Shown here: piece by piece, positions 22,887-40,100 of the stretch
How the letters are laid out: each line of letters opens with the position of its first letter
Numbering within the stretch: the first letter of the stretch is position 1
Assembly: GCA_964016885.1 (NCBI GenBank)
Contig: OZ024742.1
Coordinates: 362,886,001-362,950,000, forward strand
DNA: 64,000 bases
Reading direction: 5' to 3'
Origin: Eledone cirrhosa
Taxonomy: Eukaryota
The notes under the pieces: model-generated
Databases searched by the model: none
Told to the model about the DNA's origin: nothing
What the model saw: the letters and a program-made list of their open reading frames with translations, nothing else
Program-made: the position numbers and the translations under genes

Positions 22887-23120
<234 letters not shown>

Positions 23121-23130
23121 CATATATATT

Positions 23131-23178
<48 letters not shown>

Positions 23179-23198
23179 GATATATATATATATGTACA

Positions 23199-23229
<31 letters not shown>

Positions 23230-23779
23230 GGTGGCTGCCAACTCGTTTTCGAGTACGGCCACTACTTTATATCCATGTAGGAGAACCGCTACCGATACGC
23301 TAAACGAGTGTGACTTTTTAGTCCAGCCAGTGACTTGAAAACTCTGGTACAAACACTACACTTGTGACAATTATTGACACATAGTGCTGTGCCCATGGTA
23401 CCATGTAATGACAAGTGCAGAGAGATCTCCAGATATAAAGCAATGCCTGTGCCGTGAAGCTTTTATAGTGAGCAAAGGCACTGCACAAAGCCAGTCTCAC
23501 TCTCTTAACCAAGATGATATTTACCAAAAAGAAGAACAAGTCAACATCATTGGATACTATCAGAGTTGCAGGTGTTATATCAGAGTTTTCCTTCTCCTAG
23601 AATTCTGCATTGACAAAGGCTAAGGGGTCATCTCTCCCGGTGATTTTGGATGGCCATTGACTCTTAAGAGCTCCTTTGCCCTATGACACGTTTTGTTTTT
23701 AGTCCTGCTGGATGTCCCATGGTCGGATCGTTGGCGACTAAACTGGCAACCCTACCAAGGTTTCTTGGTGAGGAGGGTG

Positions 23780-23783
<4 letters not shown>
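23230..23783 (-). mobile_element. Family G copy 2 (longest)
   Basis: Reverse complement of 20136-20603 plus about 90 extra bp. Confidence 0.75.
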
Positions 23784-23851
<68 letters not shown>

Positions 23852-24092
23852 TCACACATATACAAAATACAAAACAGTCAAATTCCTGCCCAATAAATTA
23901 AATAAAAATGTATTAAACATAAATTTGATTGTTCCATATTTTTTATCTCTGCTGTGTAATAAATCTGATAATTTACATTAGGCCTTTTCTCTTTGGGTAA
24001 CACAATATATTACGCTTTCGTATTTATAATTGTATATAACTCATATATAAGTATATATACTATTATTACTGTATATATATATATAAATATAT

Positions 24093-24546
24093 GGTGGCTG
24101 CCAACTCGTTTTCGAGTACGGCCACCACTTTATATCCATGTAGGATAACTCCTACCGATGCGCTGAACGAGTGTGACTTTTTAGTCCAGCCAGCGACTTG
24201 AAAACTCTGGTACAAACACTACACTTGTGACAATTATTGACACATAGTGCTGGGCCCATGGTGCCATGTGACGACAAGTGCAGAGAGATCTCCAGATATA
24301 AAGAAATGCCTGTGCCGTGAAGCTTTTATAGTGAGCAAAGGCACTGCACAAAGCCATTCCCACTCTCTTAACCAAGATGATATTTACCAAAAAGAAGAAC
24401 AAGTCAACATCATTGGATACCATCAGAGTTGCAGTTGTTATATCAGAGTTTTCCTTCTCCTAGAATTCTGCCCTGACAAAGGCTAAGGGGTCATCTCTCC
24501 CGGTGTTTTTGGATGGCCATTGACTTTTAAGAGCTCCTTTGCCCTT
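24093..24546 (-). mobile_element. Family G copy 3
   Basis: Direct repeat of 23230-23682. Confidence 0.75.
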
Positions 24547-24600
24547 TATATATATATATATAAATATATATATTGTCCTTTATATATATATATATATATA

Positions 24601-24777
24601 TACTATCCAGCGAATTTCCGACAGATAAGGATGAATCTTGGGTTCGTCTTTATTTGTAAAACTAACTTTGTATTTCATCTGATGAAAGCGCACCAAGGTT
24701 GGCTTGGTACCCTTGAAATATATACAATAAAATAAATAGGGTTTTATAAATATAGATTTTATTTATTTAATATCATG

Positions 24778-24780
<3 letters not shown>
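24601..24780 (+). mobile_element. PLE 3' end with degenerate hammerhead (24671-24733)
   Basis: tatttcat-CTGATGA-aag..accaag(gttgg)cttggt..ctt-GAAA-TATATA-CA-ataaaata. Homologous to 14160-14320. Confidence 0.6.
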
Positions 24781-24824
<44 letters not shown>

Positions 24825-25109
24825 CACACATATATATATATATATATAAACAATATAAGATCAAATACATACATACATACAAACATACATACATACATAC
24901 ATACGTACATACATACATACATACATACATACATGCATACATACATACATACAAACATATGTATCCACTTGCCCGAGTTCCTATCCAGACGAACAACGAT
25001 TCACAAGATGAGTTTCAGCCGAATATCCGAGCAGTAATTCCAGTTAATCTTATATAGATAAATATACATATATATACTATATATTCATATATATTCATAT
25101 ATATACATA

Positions 25110-28100
25110 TAACATGACACAGTTTATATTAGTAACATGACAGTCTATATTAGTAACATGACAGTCTATATGAGTAACATGAGAGTCTATGTAACATGAC
25201 AAAGTCTATATTAGTAATATGACAGTCTATATAACATGACAAAGTCTATATTAGTAACATGACAAAGTATATATAACATGACAAAGTCTATATTAGTAAC
25301 ATGACAAAGTCTATATTAGTAACATGACAGTCTATACTAGTAACATGACAGTCTATATTAGTAACATGACAAAGTCTATATTAGTAACATGACAAAGTCT
25401 ATATTAGTAACATGACAGTCTATATTAGTAACATGACAGTCTATATTAGTAACATGACAAAGTCTATATTAGTAACATGACACAGTCTATATTAGTAACA
25501 TGACAGTCTATACTAGTAACATGACAGTCTATATTAGTAACATGACACAGTTTATATTAGTAACATGACAAAGTCTATATTAGTAACATGACAGTCTATA
25601 CTAGTAACATGACAGTCTATATTAGTAACATGACAAAGTCTATATTAGTAACATGACAAAGTCTATATTAGTAACATGACAAAGTCTATATTAGTAGCAT
25701 GACAGTCTATATTAGTAACATGACAGTCTATATTAGTAACATGACAAAGTCTATATTAGTAACATGACAGTCTATATTAGTAACATGACACAGTCTATAT
25801 TAGTAACATGACAAAGTCTATATTAGTAGCATCATAGACTATATTAGTAACATGACAGTAAATATTAGTAACATGACAGTATATATTAGTAACATGACAA
25901 AGTCTATATTAGTAGCATGACAGTCTATATTAGTAACATGACAGTATATATTAGTAACATGACAGTCTATATTAGTAGCATGACAGTCTATATTAGTAAC
26001 AGGACAGTCTATATTAGTAACATGACAGTCTATATTAGTAACATGACAGTAAATATTAGTAACATGACAGTCTATATTAGTAACATGACAGTCTATATTA
26101 GTAACATGACACAGTCTATATTAGTGACATGACAGTCTATATTAGTAACATGACAGTCTATATTAGTAACATGACAAAGTCTATATTAGTAACATGACAG
26201 TCTATATTAGTAACATGACACAGTCTATATTAGTAACATGACAAAGTCTATATTAGTAACATGACAGTCTATATTAGTAACATGACAAAGTCTATATTAG
26301 GAACATGACAGTCTATATTAGTAACATGACAGTCTATATTAGTAACATGACAAAGTCTATATTAGTAACATGACAGTATATATTAGTAGCATGACAGTCT
26401 ATATAAGTAACATGACAATAAATATTAGTAACATGACAGTCTATATTAGTAACATGACAAAGTCTATATTAGTAGCATGACAGTCTATATTAGTAACATG
26501 ACAGTCTATATTAGTAACATGACACAGTCTATATTAGTAACATGACAAAGTCTATATTAGTAACATGACAAAGTCTATATTAGTAACAGGAGAGTCTATA
26601 TTATTAACATGACAAAGTCTATATTAGTAACATGACAAAGTCTATATTAGTAACATGACAGTCTATATTAGTAACATGACAAAGTCTATATTAGTAACAT
26701 GACAGTCTATATTAGTAACATGACAGTCTATATTAGTAACATGACAAAGTCTATATTAGTAACATGACAGTATATATTAGTAGCATGACAGTCTATATAA
26801 GTAACATGACAGTAAATATTAGTAACATGACAAAGTCTATATTAGTAACATGACAAAGTCTATATTAGTAACATGACAGTCTATATTAGTAACATGACAA
26901 AGTCTATATTAGTAACATGACAAAGTCTATATTAGTAACATGACAGCCTATATTAGTAACATGACAAAGTCTATATTAGTAACATGACAGTCTATATTAG
27001 TAACATGACAGTCTATATTAGTAACATGACAAAGTCTATATTAGTAACATGACAGTATATATTAGTAGCATGACAGTCTATATAAGTAACATGACAGTAA
27101 ATATTAGTAACATGACAAAGTCTATATTAGTAACATGACAAAGTCTATATTAGTAACATGACAGTCTATACTAGTAACATAACAGTCTATATTAGTAACA
27201 TGACACAGTCTATATTAGTAACATGACAGTCTATATTAGTAACATGACAGTCTATATTAGTAACATGACAGTCTATATTAGTAAAATGACAAAGTCTATA
27301 TTAGTAACATGACGGTCTATATTAGTAACATGACAAAGTCTATATTAGTAACATGACAGTCTATATTAGTAACATGACAGTCTATATTAGTAACATTACA
27401 AAGTCTATATTAGTAACATGACACACTCTATATTAGTAACATGACAGTCTATATTAGTAACATGACAAAGTCTATATTAGTAGCATGACAGTCTATATTA
27501 GTAGCATGACAAAGTCTATATTAGTAACATGACAGTCTATATTAGTAACATGACAAAGTCTATATTAGTAACATGACAAAGTCTATATTAGTAACATGAC
27601 AGTCTATATTAGTAACATGACAGTCTATAGTAGTAACATGACAAAGTCTATATTAGTAACATGACAAAGTCTATATTAGTAACATGACAAAGTCTATATT
27701 AGTAACATGACAGTCTATATTAGTAACATGACAGTCTATATTAGTAACATGACAAAGTCTATATTAGTAGCATGACAATGTCTCTATTAGTAACATGACA
27801 GTCTATATTAGTAACATGACAATGTCTATACTAGTAACATGACAGTCTATATTAGTAACATGACAAAGTCTATATTAGTAACATGACAGTCTATATTAGT
27901 AGCATGACAAAGTCTATATTAGTAACATGACAAAGTCTATATTAGTAAAATGACAGTCTATATTAGTAACATTACAAAGTCTATATTAGTAACATTACAA
28001 TGTCTATATTAGTAACATGACAAAGTCTATATTTGTAACATGACAAAGTCTATATTAGTAATCTAACAAAGTCTATATTTGTAACATGACAGTATATATT

Positions 28101-31100
28101 AGTAATATGACAGTATATATTAGTAACATGACAGTCTATACTAGTAGCATGACAGTCTATATTAGTAGCATGACAGTCTATATTTGTAACATGACAAAGT
28201 CTATATTAGTAACATGACACAGTCTATATTAGTAACATGACAGTCTATATTAGTAACATGACAAAGTCTATATTAGTAACATGACAAAGTCTATATTAGT
28301 AACATGACAAAGTCTATATTAGTAACATGACAAAGTCTATATTAGTAACATGACAAAGTCTATATTAGTAACATGACAGTCTATATTAGTAACATGACAG
28401 TCTATATTAGTAACATGACCGTCTATATTAGTAACATGACAGTCTATATTAGTAACATGACAGTCTATATTAGTAACATGACAGTCTATATTAGTAACAT
28501 GACAAAGTCTATATTAGTAACATGACAGTCTATATTAGTAACATGACAGTCTATATTAGTAGCATGACAAAGTCTATATTAGTAACATGACACAGTCTAT
28601 ATTAGTAACATGACAGTCTATATTAGTAACATGACAGTCTATATTAGTAACATGACAAAGTCTATATTAGTAACATGACACAGTCTATATTGGTAGCATG
28701 ACAGTCTATATTAGTAACATGACAAAGTCTATATTAGTAACATGACAGTCTATATTAGTAACATGACAAAGTCTATATTAGTAACATGACAGTCTATATT
28801 AGTAACATGACAGGCTATATTAGTAGCATGACAAAGTCTATATTAGTAACATGACAAAGTCTATATTAGTAACATGACAGTCTATATTAGTAACATGACA
28901 AAGTCTATATTAGTAACATGACAGTCTATATTAGTAACATGACAAAGTCTATATTAGTAACAGGATACAGTCTATATTAGTAACATGACAGTCTATATTA
29001 GTAACATGACAAAGTCTATATTAGTAACATGACAGTCTATATTAGTAACATGACAGTCTATATTAGTAACATGACAAAGTCTATATTAGTAACATGACAG
29101 TCTATATAGTAACATGACAAAGTCTATATTCGTAACATGACAGTCTATATTAGTAACATGACAAAATCAATATTAGTAACATGACAGTCTATATTAGTAA
29201 CATGACAAAGTCTATATTAGTAACATGACAACGGCTATATTAGTAACATGACAAAGTCTATATTAGTAACATGACAAAGTCTATATTAGTAACATGACAG
29301 TCTATATTAGTAACATGACCGTCTATATTAGTAACATGACAGTCTATATTAGTAACATGACAGTCTATATTAGTAACATGAAGTCTATATTAGTAACATG
29401 ACAAAGTCTATATTAGTAACATGACAGTCTATATTAGTAACATGACAGTCTATATTAGTAGCATGACAAAGTCTATATTAGTAACATGACACAGTCTATA
29501 TTAGTAACATGACAGTCTATATTAGTAACATGACAGTCTATATTAGTAACATGACAAAGTCTATATTAGTAACATGACACAGTCTATATTAGTAGCATGA
29601 CAGTCTATATTAGTAACATGACAAAGTCTATATTAGTAACATGACAGTCTATATTAGTAGCATGATAAAGTCTATATTAGTAACATGACAAAGTCTATAT
29701 TAGTAACATGACAGTCTATATTAGTAACATGACAAAGTCTATATTAGTAACATGACAGTCTATATTAGTAACATGACAGTCTATATTAGTAGCATGACAA
29801 AGTCTATATTAGTAACATGACAAAGTCTATATTAGTAACATGACAGTCTATATTAGTAACATGACAAAGTCTATATTAGTAACATGACAGTCTATATTAG
29901 TAACATGACAAAGTCTATATTAGTAACAGGATACAGTCTATATTAGTAACATGACAGTCTATATTAGTAACATGACAAAGTCTATATTAGTAACATGACA
30001 GTCTATATTAGTAACATGACAGTCTATATTAGTAACATGACAAAGTCTATATTAGTAACATGACAGTCTATATAGTAACATGACAAAGTCTATATTCGTA
30101 ACATGACAGTCTATATTAGTAACATGACAAAATCAATATTAGTAACATGACAGTCTATATTAGTAACATGACAAAGTCTATATTAGTAACATGACAACGT
30201 CTATATTAGTAACATGACAAAGTCTATATTAGTAACATGACAGTCTATATTTGTAACATGACAGTGTATATTAGTAACATGACAAAGTCTATATTAGTAA
30301 CATGACACAGTCTATATTAGTAACATGACAGTCTATATTAGTAACATGACAAAGTCTATATTAGTAACATGACAGTCTATATTAGTAACATGACAGTCTA
30401 TATTAGTAACATGCCAAAGTCTATATTAGTAACATGACAGTCTATATTAGTAACATGCCAAAGTCTATATTAGTAACATGACAGTCTATATTAGGAACAT
30501 GACAAAGTCTATGTTAGTAACATGACACAATCTATACTAGTAACATGACAGTCTATATTAGTAACATGACAAAGTCTATATTAGTAACATGACACAGTCT
30601 ATATTAGTAACATGACAGTCTATATTAGTAACATGACAACGTCTATATTAGTAACATGACAGTCTATATTAGTAACATGACATAGTCTATATTAGTAACA
30701 TGACAGTCTATATTAGTAACATGACAAAGTCTATATTAGTAGCATGACAATGTCTCTATTAGTAACATGACAGTATGTATTAGTAACATGACACTCTATA
30801 TTAGTAACATGACACTCTATATTAGTAACATGAAAAAGTCTATATTAGTGCCATGACAAAGTGTATATTAGTAACATAACAGTCTATATTAGTAACATGA
30901 CAGTCTATATTAGTAACATGACAGTCTATATTAGTAACATGGCAAAGTCTATATTAGCAGCATGACAGAGTCTATATTAGTAGCATGACAAAGTCTATAT
31001 TAGTAACATGACAGAGTCTATATTAGTAACATGACAGTCTATATTAGTAACATGACAGAGTCTATATTAGTAACATGACAGTCTATATTAGTAACATGAC

Positions 31101-34100
31101 ACACTCTATATTAGTAACATGACAGTCTATATTAGTAACATGACAGAGTCTATATTAGTAACATGACAGTCTATATTAGTAACATGACAGTCTATATTAG
31201 CAGCATGACAAAGTCTATATTAGTAGCATGCCAAAGTCTATATTAGTAACATGACAAAGTCTATATTAGTAACATGACACAGTCTATATTAGTAACATGA
31301 CAGTCTATATTAGTAACATGACAGAGTCTATATTAGTAACATGACAGTCTATATTAGTAACATGACAAAGTCTATATTAGTAACATGACAGAGTCTATAT
31401 TAGTAACATGACAGTCTATATTATTAGCATGCCAGTCTATATTAGTAACATGACAGTCTATATTAGCAGCATGACAGTCTATATTAGTAACATGACAAAG
31501 TCTATATTAGTAGCATGACAGTCTATATTAGTAACATGACAGTCTATATTAGCAGCATGACATAGTCTATATTAGAGCATGACTAAGTCTATATTAGTAG
31601 CTTCACTAAGTCTATATTAGTAGCATGACAGACTATAGTAGTAACATGACAGAGTCTATATTCGTAACATGACAGTCTATATTAGTAACATGAAAAAGTC
31701 TATATTAGTAATATGCCAAAGTCTATATTAGTAACATGACAGAGTCTATATTAGTAACATGACAAAGTCTATATTAGTAACATGACAGTCTATATTAGTA
31801 ACATGACACAGTCTATATTAGTAACATGGCAGTTTATATTAGAGCATGACAGTCTATATTAGTAACATGACAAAGTCTATATTAGTAACATGACAGTCTA
31901 TATTAGTAACATGACAAAGTCTATATTAGTAACATGACAAAGTCTATATTTGTAACATGACACAGTCTATATTAGTAACATGACAAAGTCTATATTAGTA
32001 ACATGACAGTCTATATTAGTAACATGACACAGTCTATATTAGTAACATGACAAAGTCTATATTAGTAGCATGACAGTCTATATTAGTAACATGACACAGT
32101 CTATATTAGTAACATGGCAGTTTATAGTAGTAACATCACAGTCTACATTAGAGCATGACTAAGTCTATATTAGCAGCATGACACAGTCTATATAAGAGTA
32201 TGACTAAGTCTATATTAGTAACATGACAGTCTATATTAGTAACATGACAAAGTCTATATTAGTAACATGATAGTCTATATTAGTAACATGACACAGTCTA
32301 TATTAGTAACATGACAAAGTCTATATTAGTAACATGACAAAGTCTATATTAGTAACATGACACAGTCTATATTAGTAACATGACAAAGTCTATATTAGTA
32401 ACATGACAGTCTATATTAGTAACATGACAAAGTCTATATTAGTAACATGCCAAAGTCTATATTAGTAACATGACAGTTTATATTAGTTACATGACAGTCT
32501 ATATTAGTAACATGACAGTCTATATTAGTAACATGCCAAAGTCTATATTAGTAACATGACAAAGTCTATATCAGTAACATGACAGTCTATATTAGTAACA
32601 TGACAGTCTATATTAGTAACATGACAAAGTCTATATTAGTAACATGACAAAGTCTATATTAGTAACATGACAGTCTATATTAGTAACATGACAAAGTCTA
32701 TATTAGTAACATGACAAAGTCTATATTAGTAACATGACAGTCTATATTAGTAACATGACAAAGTCTATATTAGTAACATGACAAAGTCTATATTAGTAAC
32801 ATGACAGTCTATATTAGTAACATGACAGTCTATATTAGTAACATGCCAAAGTCTATATTAGTAACATGACAGTATATATTAGTAACATGACAAAGTCTAT
32901 ATTAGTAACATGACAGTCTATATTAGTAACATCACAGTATATATTAGTAGCATGCCAAAGTCTATATTAGTAACATGACACAGTATATATTAGTAGCATG
33001 ACATAGTCTATATTAGTAACATGACAGTCTATATTAGTAACATTACAGTCTATATTAGTAACATGACAGTCTATATTAGTAACATGACAAAGTCTATATT
33101 AGTAACATGACAGTCTACATTAGTAACATGACAGTCTATACTAGTAACATGACAAAGTCTATATTAGTAACATGACAAAGTCTATATTAGTAACATGATA
33201 GTCTATATTAGTAACATGACAGTCTATATTAGTAACATGACAAAGTCTATATTAGTAACATGACAAAGTCTATATTAGTAACATGACATAGTCTATATTA
33301 GTAGCATGACAAAGTCTATATTAGTAACATGACAAAGTCTATATTAGTAACATGACAGTCTATATTAGTAACATGCCAAAGTCTATATTAGATGCATGAC
33401 AAAGTCTATATTAGTAACATGACAGTCTATATTAGTAACATGACAAAGTCTATATTAGTAACATGACACAGTCTATATTAGTAGCATGACAAAGTCTATA
33501 TTAGTAACATGACAGTCTATATTAGTAACATGACAGTCTATACTAGTAACATGACAGTCTATATTAGTAACATGACAGTCTATATTAGTAACATGACAAA
33601 GTCTATATTAGTAACATGACAAAGTCTATATTAGTAACATGACAAAGTCTATATTAGTAACATGACAGTCTATATTAGTAACATGACACAGTCTATATTA
33701 GTAACATGACAAAGTCTATATTAGTAGCATGACAGTCTATATTAGTAACATGACACAGTCTATATTAGTAACATGGCAGTTTATAGTAGTAAAATCACAG
33801 TCTACATTAGAGCATGACTAAGTCTATATTAGCAGCATGACACAGTCTATATAAGAGTATGACTAAGTCTATATTAGTAACATGACAGTCTATATTAGTA
33901 ACATGACAAAGTCTATATTAGTAACATGACAGTCTATATTAGTAACATGACACAGTCTATATTAGTAACATGACAAAGTCTATATTAGTAACATGACAAA
34001 GTCTATATTAGTAACATGACACAGTCTATATTAGTAACATGACAAAGTCTATATTAGTAACATGACAGTCTATATTAGTAACATGACAAAGTCTATATTA

Positions 34101-37100
34101 GTAACATGCCAAAGTCTATATTAGTAACATGACAGTTTATATTAGTTACATGACAGTCTATATTAGTAACATGACAGTCTATATTAGTAACATGACAGTC
34201 TATATTAGTAACATGCCAAAGTCTATATTAGTAACATGACAGTCTATATTAGTAACATGCCAAAGTCTATATTAGTAACATGACAGTTTATATTAGTAAC
34301 ATGACAGTCTATATTAGTAACATGACAGTCTATATTAGTAACATGACAGTCTATATTAGTAACATGACAGTCTATATTAGTAACATGACAGTCTATATTA
34401 GTAACATGCCAAAGTCTATATTAGTAACATGACAGTTTATATTAGTAACATGACAGTCTATATTAGTAACATGACAGTCTATATTAGTAACATGACAGTC
34501 TATATTAGTAACATGACAGTCTATATTAGTAACATGACAGTCTATATTAGTAACATGCCAAAGTCTATATTAGTAACATGACAGTCTATATTAGTAACAT
34601 GACAAAGTCTATATTAGTAACATGACACAGTCTATAGTAGTAACATGACAGTGTATGTTAGTAGCATGCCAAAGTCTATATTAGTAACATGACAGTCTAT
34701 ATTATTAACATGACAGTCTATATTAGTAACAGGAGAGTCTATATTAGTAACATGACAAAGTCTATATTAGTAACATGAGAGTATATATTAACAAAATGAC
34801 AAAGTCTATATTAGTAACATGACAGTCTATATTATTAACATGACAAAGTCTATATTAGTAACATGACAGTCTATATTAGTAACATGACAGTCTATATTAG
34901 TAACATGACAAAGACAACATTAGTAACATTACAAAGTCTATATCAGTAACATGACAGTCTATATTAGTAACATGACAGTCTATATTAGTAACATGACAAA
35001 GTCTATATTAGTAACATGACAAAGTCTATATTAGTAACATGACAGTCTATATTAGTAACATGACAGTCTATATTAGTAACATGACAAAGTCTATATTATT
35101 AACATGACAAAGTCTATATTAGTAACATGACAGTCTATATTAGTAACATGACAAAGTCTATATTAGTAACATGACAAAGTCTATATTAGTAACATGACAG
35201 TCTATATTAGTAACATGACAGTCTATATTAGTAACATGCCAAAGTCTATATTAGTAACATGACAGTATATATTAGTAACATGACAAAGTCTATATTAGTA
35301 ACATGACAGTCTATATTAGTAACATGACAGTATATATTAGTAGCATGCCAAAGTCTATATTAGTAACATGACACAGTATACATTAGTAGCATGACGTAGT
35401 CTATATTAGTAACATGACAGTCTATATTAGTAACATTACAGTCTATATTAGTAACATGACAGTCTATATTAGTAACATGACAAAGTCTATATTAGTAACA
35501 TGACAGTCTACATTAGTAACATGACAGTCTATACTAGTAACATGACAAAGTCTATATTAGTAACATGACAAAGTCTATATTAGTAACATGATAGTCTATA
35601 TTAGTAACATGACAGTCTATATTAGTAACATGACAAAGTCTATATTAGTAACATGACAAAGTCTATATTAGTAACATGACAAAGTCTATATTAGTAGCAT
35701 GACAAAGTCTATATTAGTAACATGACAAAGTCTATATTAGTAACATGACAGTCTATATTAGTAACATGCCAAAGTCTATATTAGTAGCATGACAAAGTCT
35801 ATATTAGTAACATGACAGTCTATATTAGTAACATGACAAAGTCTATATTAGTAACATGACAAAGTCGATATTAGTAACATGACAGTCTATATTAGTAACA
35901 TGACAGTCTATATTAGTAACATGACAAAGTCTATATTAGTAACATGACAAAGTCTATATTAGTAACATGCCAAAGTCTATATTAGTAGCATGACAAAGTC
36001 TATATTAGTAACATGCCAAAGTCTATATTAGTAACATGACACAGTCTATATTAGTAACATGACAGTCTATATTAGTATCATGACAAAGTCTATATTAGTA
36101 ACATGACAGTCTATATTAGTAACATGACAAAGTCTATATTAGTAACATGACAGTCTATATTAGTAACATGACAGTCTATATTAGTAACATTACAAAGTCT
36201 ATATTAGTAACATGACAGTATATATTAGTAACATGACAAAGTCTATATTAGTAACAAGACAAAGTCTATATTAGTAACATGACAAAGTCTATATTAGTAA
36301 CATGACACAGTCTATATTAGTAACATGACAGTCTATATTAGTAACATGACAAAGTCTATATTAGTAACATGACACAGTCTATATTAGTAACATGACAAAG
36401 TCTATATTAGTAACATCACAGTCTATATTAGTAACATGACAAAGTCTATATTACTAACATGACAGTCTATATTAGTAACAGGACAACGTCTACATTAGTA
36501 ACATGACATAGTCTATATTAGTAATATGACAGTCTATATTAGTAACATGACAGTCTATATTAGTAGCATGCCAAAGTCGATATTAGTTACATGACAGTCT
36601 ATATTAGTAACATGACAAAGTCTATATTAGTAACATGACAGTCTATATTAGTAACATGACAAAGTCTATATTAGTAACATGACAGTCTATATTAGTAACA
36701 TGACAGTCTATATTAGTAACATTACAATGTCTATATTAGTAACATGACAGTATATATTAGTAACATGACAAAGTCTATATTAGTAACATGACAGTCTATA
36801 TTAGTAACATGACAAAGTCTATATTAGTAACATGACAAAGTCTATATTAGTAACATGACAGTCTATATTAGTAACATGACAAAGTCTATATTAGTAACAT
36901 GACACAGTCTATATTAGTAACATGACAAAGTCTATATTAGTAACATCACAGGCTATATTAGTAACATGACAAAGTCTATATTAGTAACATGACTCAGTCT
37001 ATATTAGTAGCATGACAAAGTCTATATTAGTAACATGACAGTCTATATTAGTAACAGGACAACGTCTACATTAGTAACATGACATAGTCTTTATTAGTAA

Positions 37101-40100
37101 CATGACAGTCTATATTAGTAGCATGCCAAAGTCGATATTAGTAACATGACAGTCTATATTAGTAACATGACAAAGTCTATATTAGTAACATGACAGTCTA
37201 TATTAGTAACATGACAAAGTCTATATTAGTAACATGACAAAGTCTATATTAGTAACATGACAGTCTATATTAGTAACATGACAGTCTATATTAGTAACAT
37301 GACAGTCTATATTAGTAACATGCCAAAGTCTATATTAGTAACATGACATAGTCTATATTAGTAACATGACAGTCTATATTAGTAGCATGACATAGACTAT
37401 ATTAGTAGCAAGACAAAGTCTATATTAGTAACATGACAATGTCTATATTAGTAAAATGACAAAGTCTATATTAGTAACATGACAGTCCATATTAGTAACA
37501 TGACAGTCTATATTAGTAACATGACAGTCTATATTAGTAACATGACAGTCTATATTAGTAACATGACAGTCCATATTAGTAACATGACATAGTCTATATT
37601 AGTAACATGACAAAGTCTATATTAGTAACATGACAAAGTCTATATTAGTAACATGACAGTATATATTAGTAACATGACAAAGTCTATATTAGTAACATGA
37701 CAAAGTCTATATTAGTAACATGACAAAGTCTATATTAGTAACATGACAGTCTATATTAGTAACATGACAAAGTCTATATTAGTAACATGACAGTCTATAT
37801 TAGTAACATGACAAAGTCTATATTAGTAACATGACAGTCTATATTAGTAGCATGACAAAGTCTATATTAGTAACATCACAGTCTATATTAGTAACATGAC
37901 AGTCTATATTAGTAACATGACAGTCTATATTAGTAACATGACAAAGTCTATATTAGTAACATGACAGTCTATATTAGTAACATTTACAAAGTGTATATTA
38001 GTAACATGACAGTCTATATTAGTAACATGACAAAGTCTATATTAGTAACATGACAGTCTATATTAGTAACATGACAAAGTCTATATTAGTAACATGACAG
38101 TCTATATTAGTAGCATGCCAAAGTCTATATTAGTAATATGACAAAGTCTATATTAGTAACATGACAAAGTCTATATTAGTAAGATGACAAAGTCTATATT
38201 AGTAACATGACAGTCTATATCAGTAACATGACATAGTCTATATTAGTAACATGACAAAGTCTATATTAGTAACATGATAAAGTCTATATTAGTAACATGA
38301 CAGTATATATTAGTAACATGACACAGTCTATATTAGTAACATGACAAAGTCTATATTAGTAACATGACAAAGTCTATATTAGTAACATGACACAGTCTAT
38401 ATTAGTAACATGACAAAGTCTATATTAGTAACATGACAGTCTATATTAGTAACATGACAAAGTCTATATTAGTAACATGCCAAAGTCTATATTAGTAACA
38501 TGACAGTTTATATTAGTTACATGACAGTCTATATTAGTAACATGACAGTCTATATTAGTAACATGCCAAAGTCTATATTAGTAACATGACAAAGTCTATA
38601 TCAGTAACATGACAGTCTATATTAGTAACATGACAGTCTATATTAGTAACATGACAAAGTCTATATTAGTAACATGACAAAGTCTATATTAGTAACATGA
38701 CAGTCTATATTAGTAACATGACAAAGTCTATATTAGTAACATGACAAAGTCTATATTAGTAACATGACAGTCTATATTAGTAACATGACAAAGTCTATAT
38801 TAGTAACATGACAAAGTCTATATTAGTAACATGACAGTCTATATTAGTAACATGACAGTCTATATTAGTAACATGCCAAAGTCTATATTAGTAACATGAC
38901 AGTATATATTAGTAACATGACAAAGTCTATATTAGTAACATGACAGTCTATATTAGTAACATCACAGTATATATTAGTAGCATGCCAAAGTCTATATTAG
39001 TAACATGACACAGTATATATTAGTAGCATGACATAGTCTATATTAGTAACATGACAGTCTATATTAGTAACATTACAGTCTATATTAGTAACATGACAGT
39101 CTATATTAGTAACATGACAAAGTCTATATTAGTAACATGACAGTCTACATTAGTAACATGACAGTCTATACTAGTAACATGACAAAGTCTATATTAGTAA
39201 CATGACAAAGTCTATATTAGTAACATGATAGTCTATATTAGTAACATGACAGTCTATATTAGTAACATGACAAAGTCTATATTAGTAACATGACAAAGTC
39301 TATATTAGTAACATGACATAGTCTATATTAGTAGCATGACAAAGTCTATATTAGTAACATGACAAAGTCTATATTAGTAACATGACAGTCTATATTAGTA
39401 ACATGCCAAAGTCTATATTAGATGCATGACAAAGTCTATATTAGTAACATGACAGTCTATATTAGTAACATGACAAAGTCTATATTAGTAACATGACACA
39501 GTCTATATTAGTAGCATGACAAAGTCTATATTAGTAACATGACAGTCTATATTAGTAACATGACAGTCTATACTAGTAACATGACAGTCTATATTAGTAA
39601 CATGACAGTCTATATTAGTAACATGACAAAGTCTATATTAGTAACATGACAAAGTCTATATTAGTAACATGACAAAGTCTATATTAGTAACATGACAGTC
39701 TATATTAGTAACATGACACAGTCTATATTAGTAACATGACAAAGTCTATATTAGTAGCATGACAGTCTATATTAGTAACATGACACAGTCTATATTAGTA
39801 ACATGGCAGTTTATAGTAGTAAAATCACAGTCTACATTAGAGCATGACTAAGTCTATATTAGCAGCATGACACAGTCTATATAAGAGTATGACTAAGTCT
39901 ATATTAGTAACATGACAGTCTATATTAGTAACATGACAAAGTCTATATTAGTAACATGACAGTCTATATTAGTAACATGACACAGTCTATATTAGTAACA
40001 TGACAAAGTCTATATTAGTAACATGACAAAGTCTATATTAGTAACATGACACAGTCTATATTAGTAACATGACAAAGTCTATATTAGTAACATGACAGTC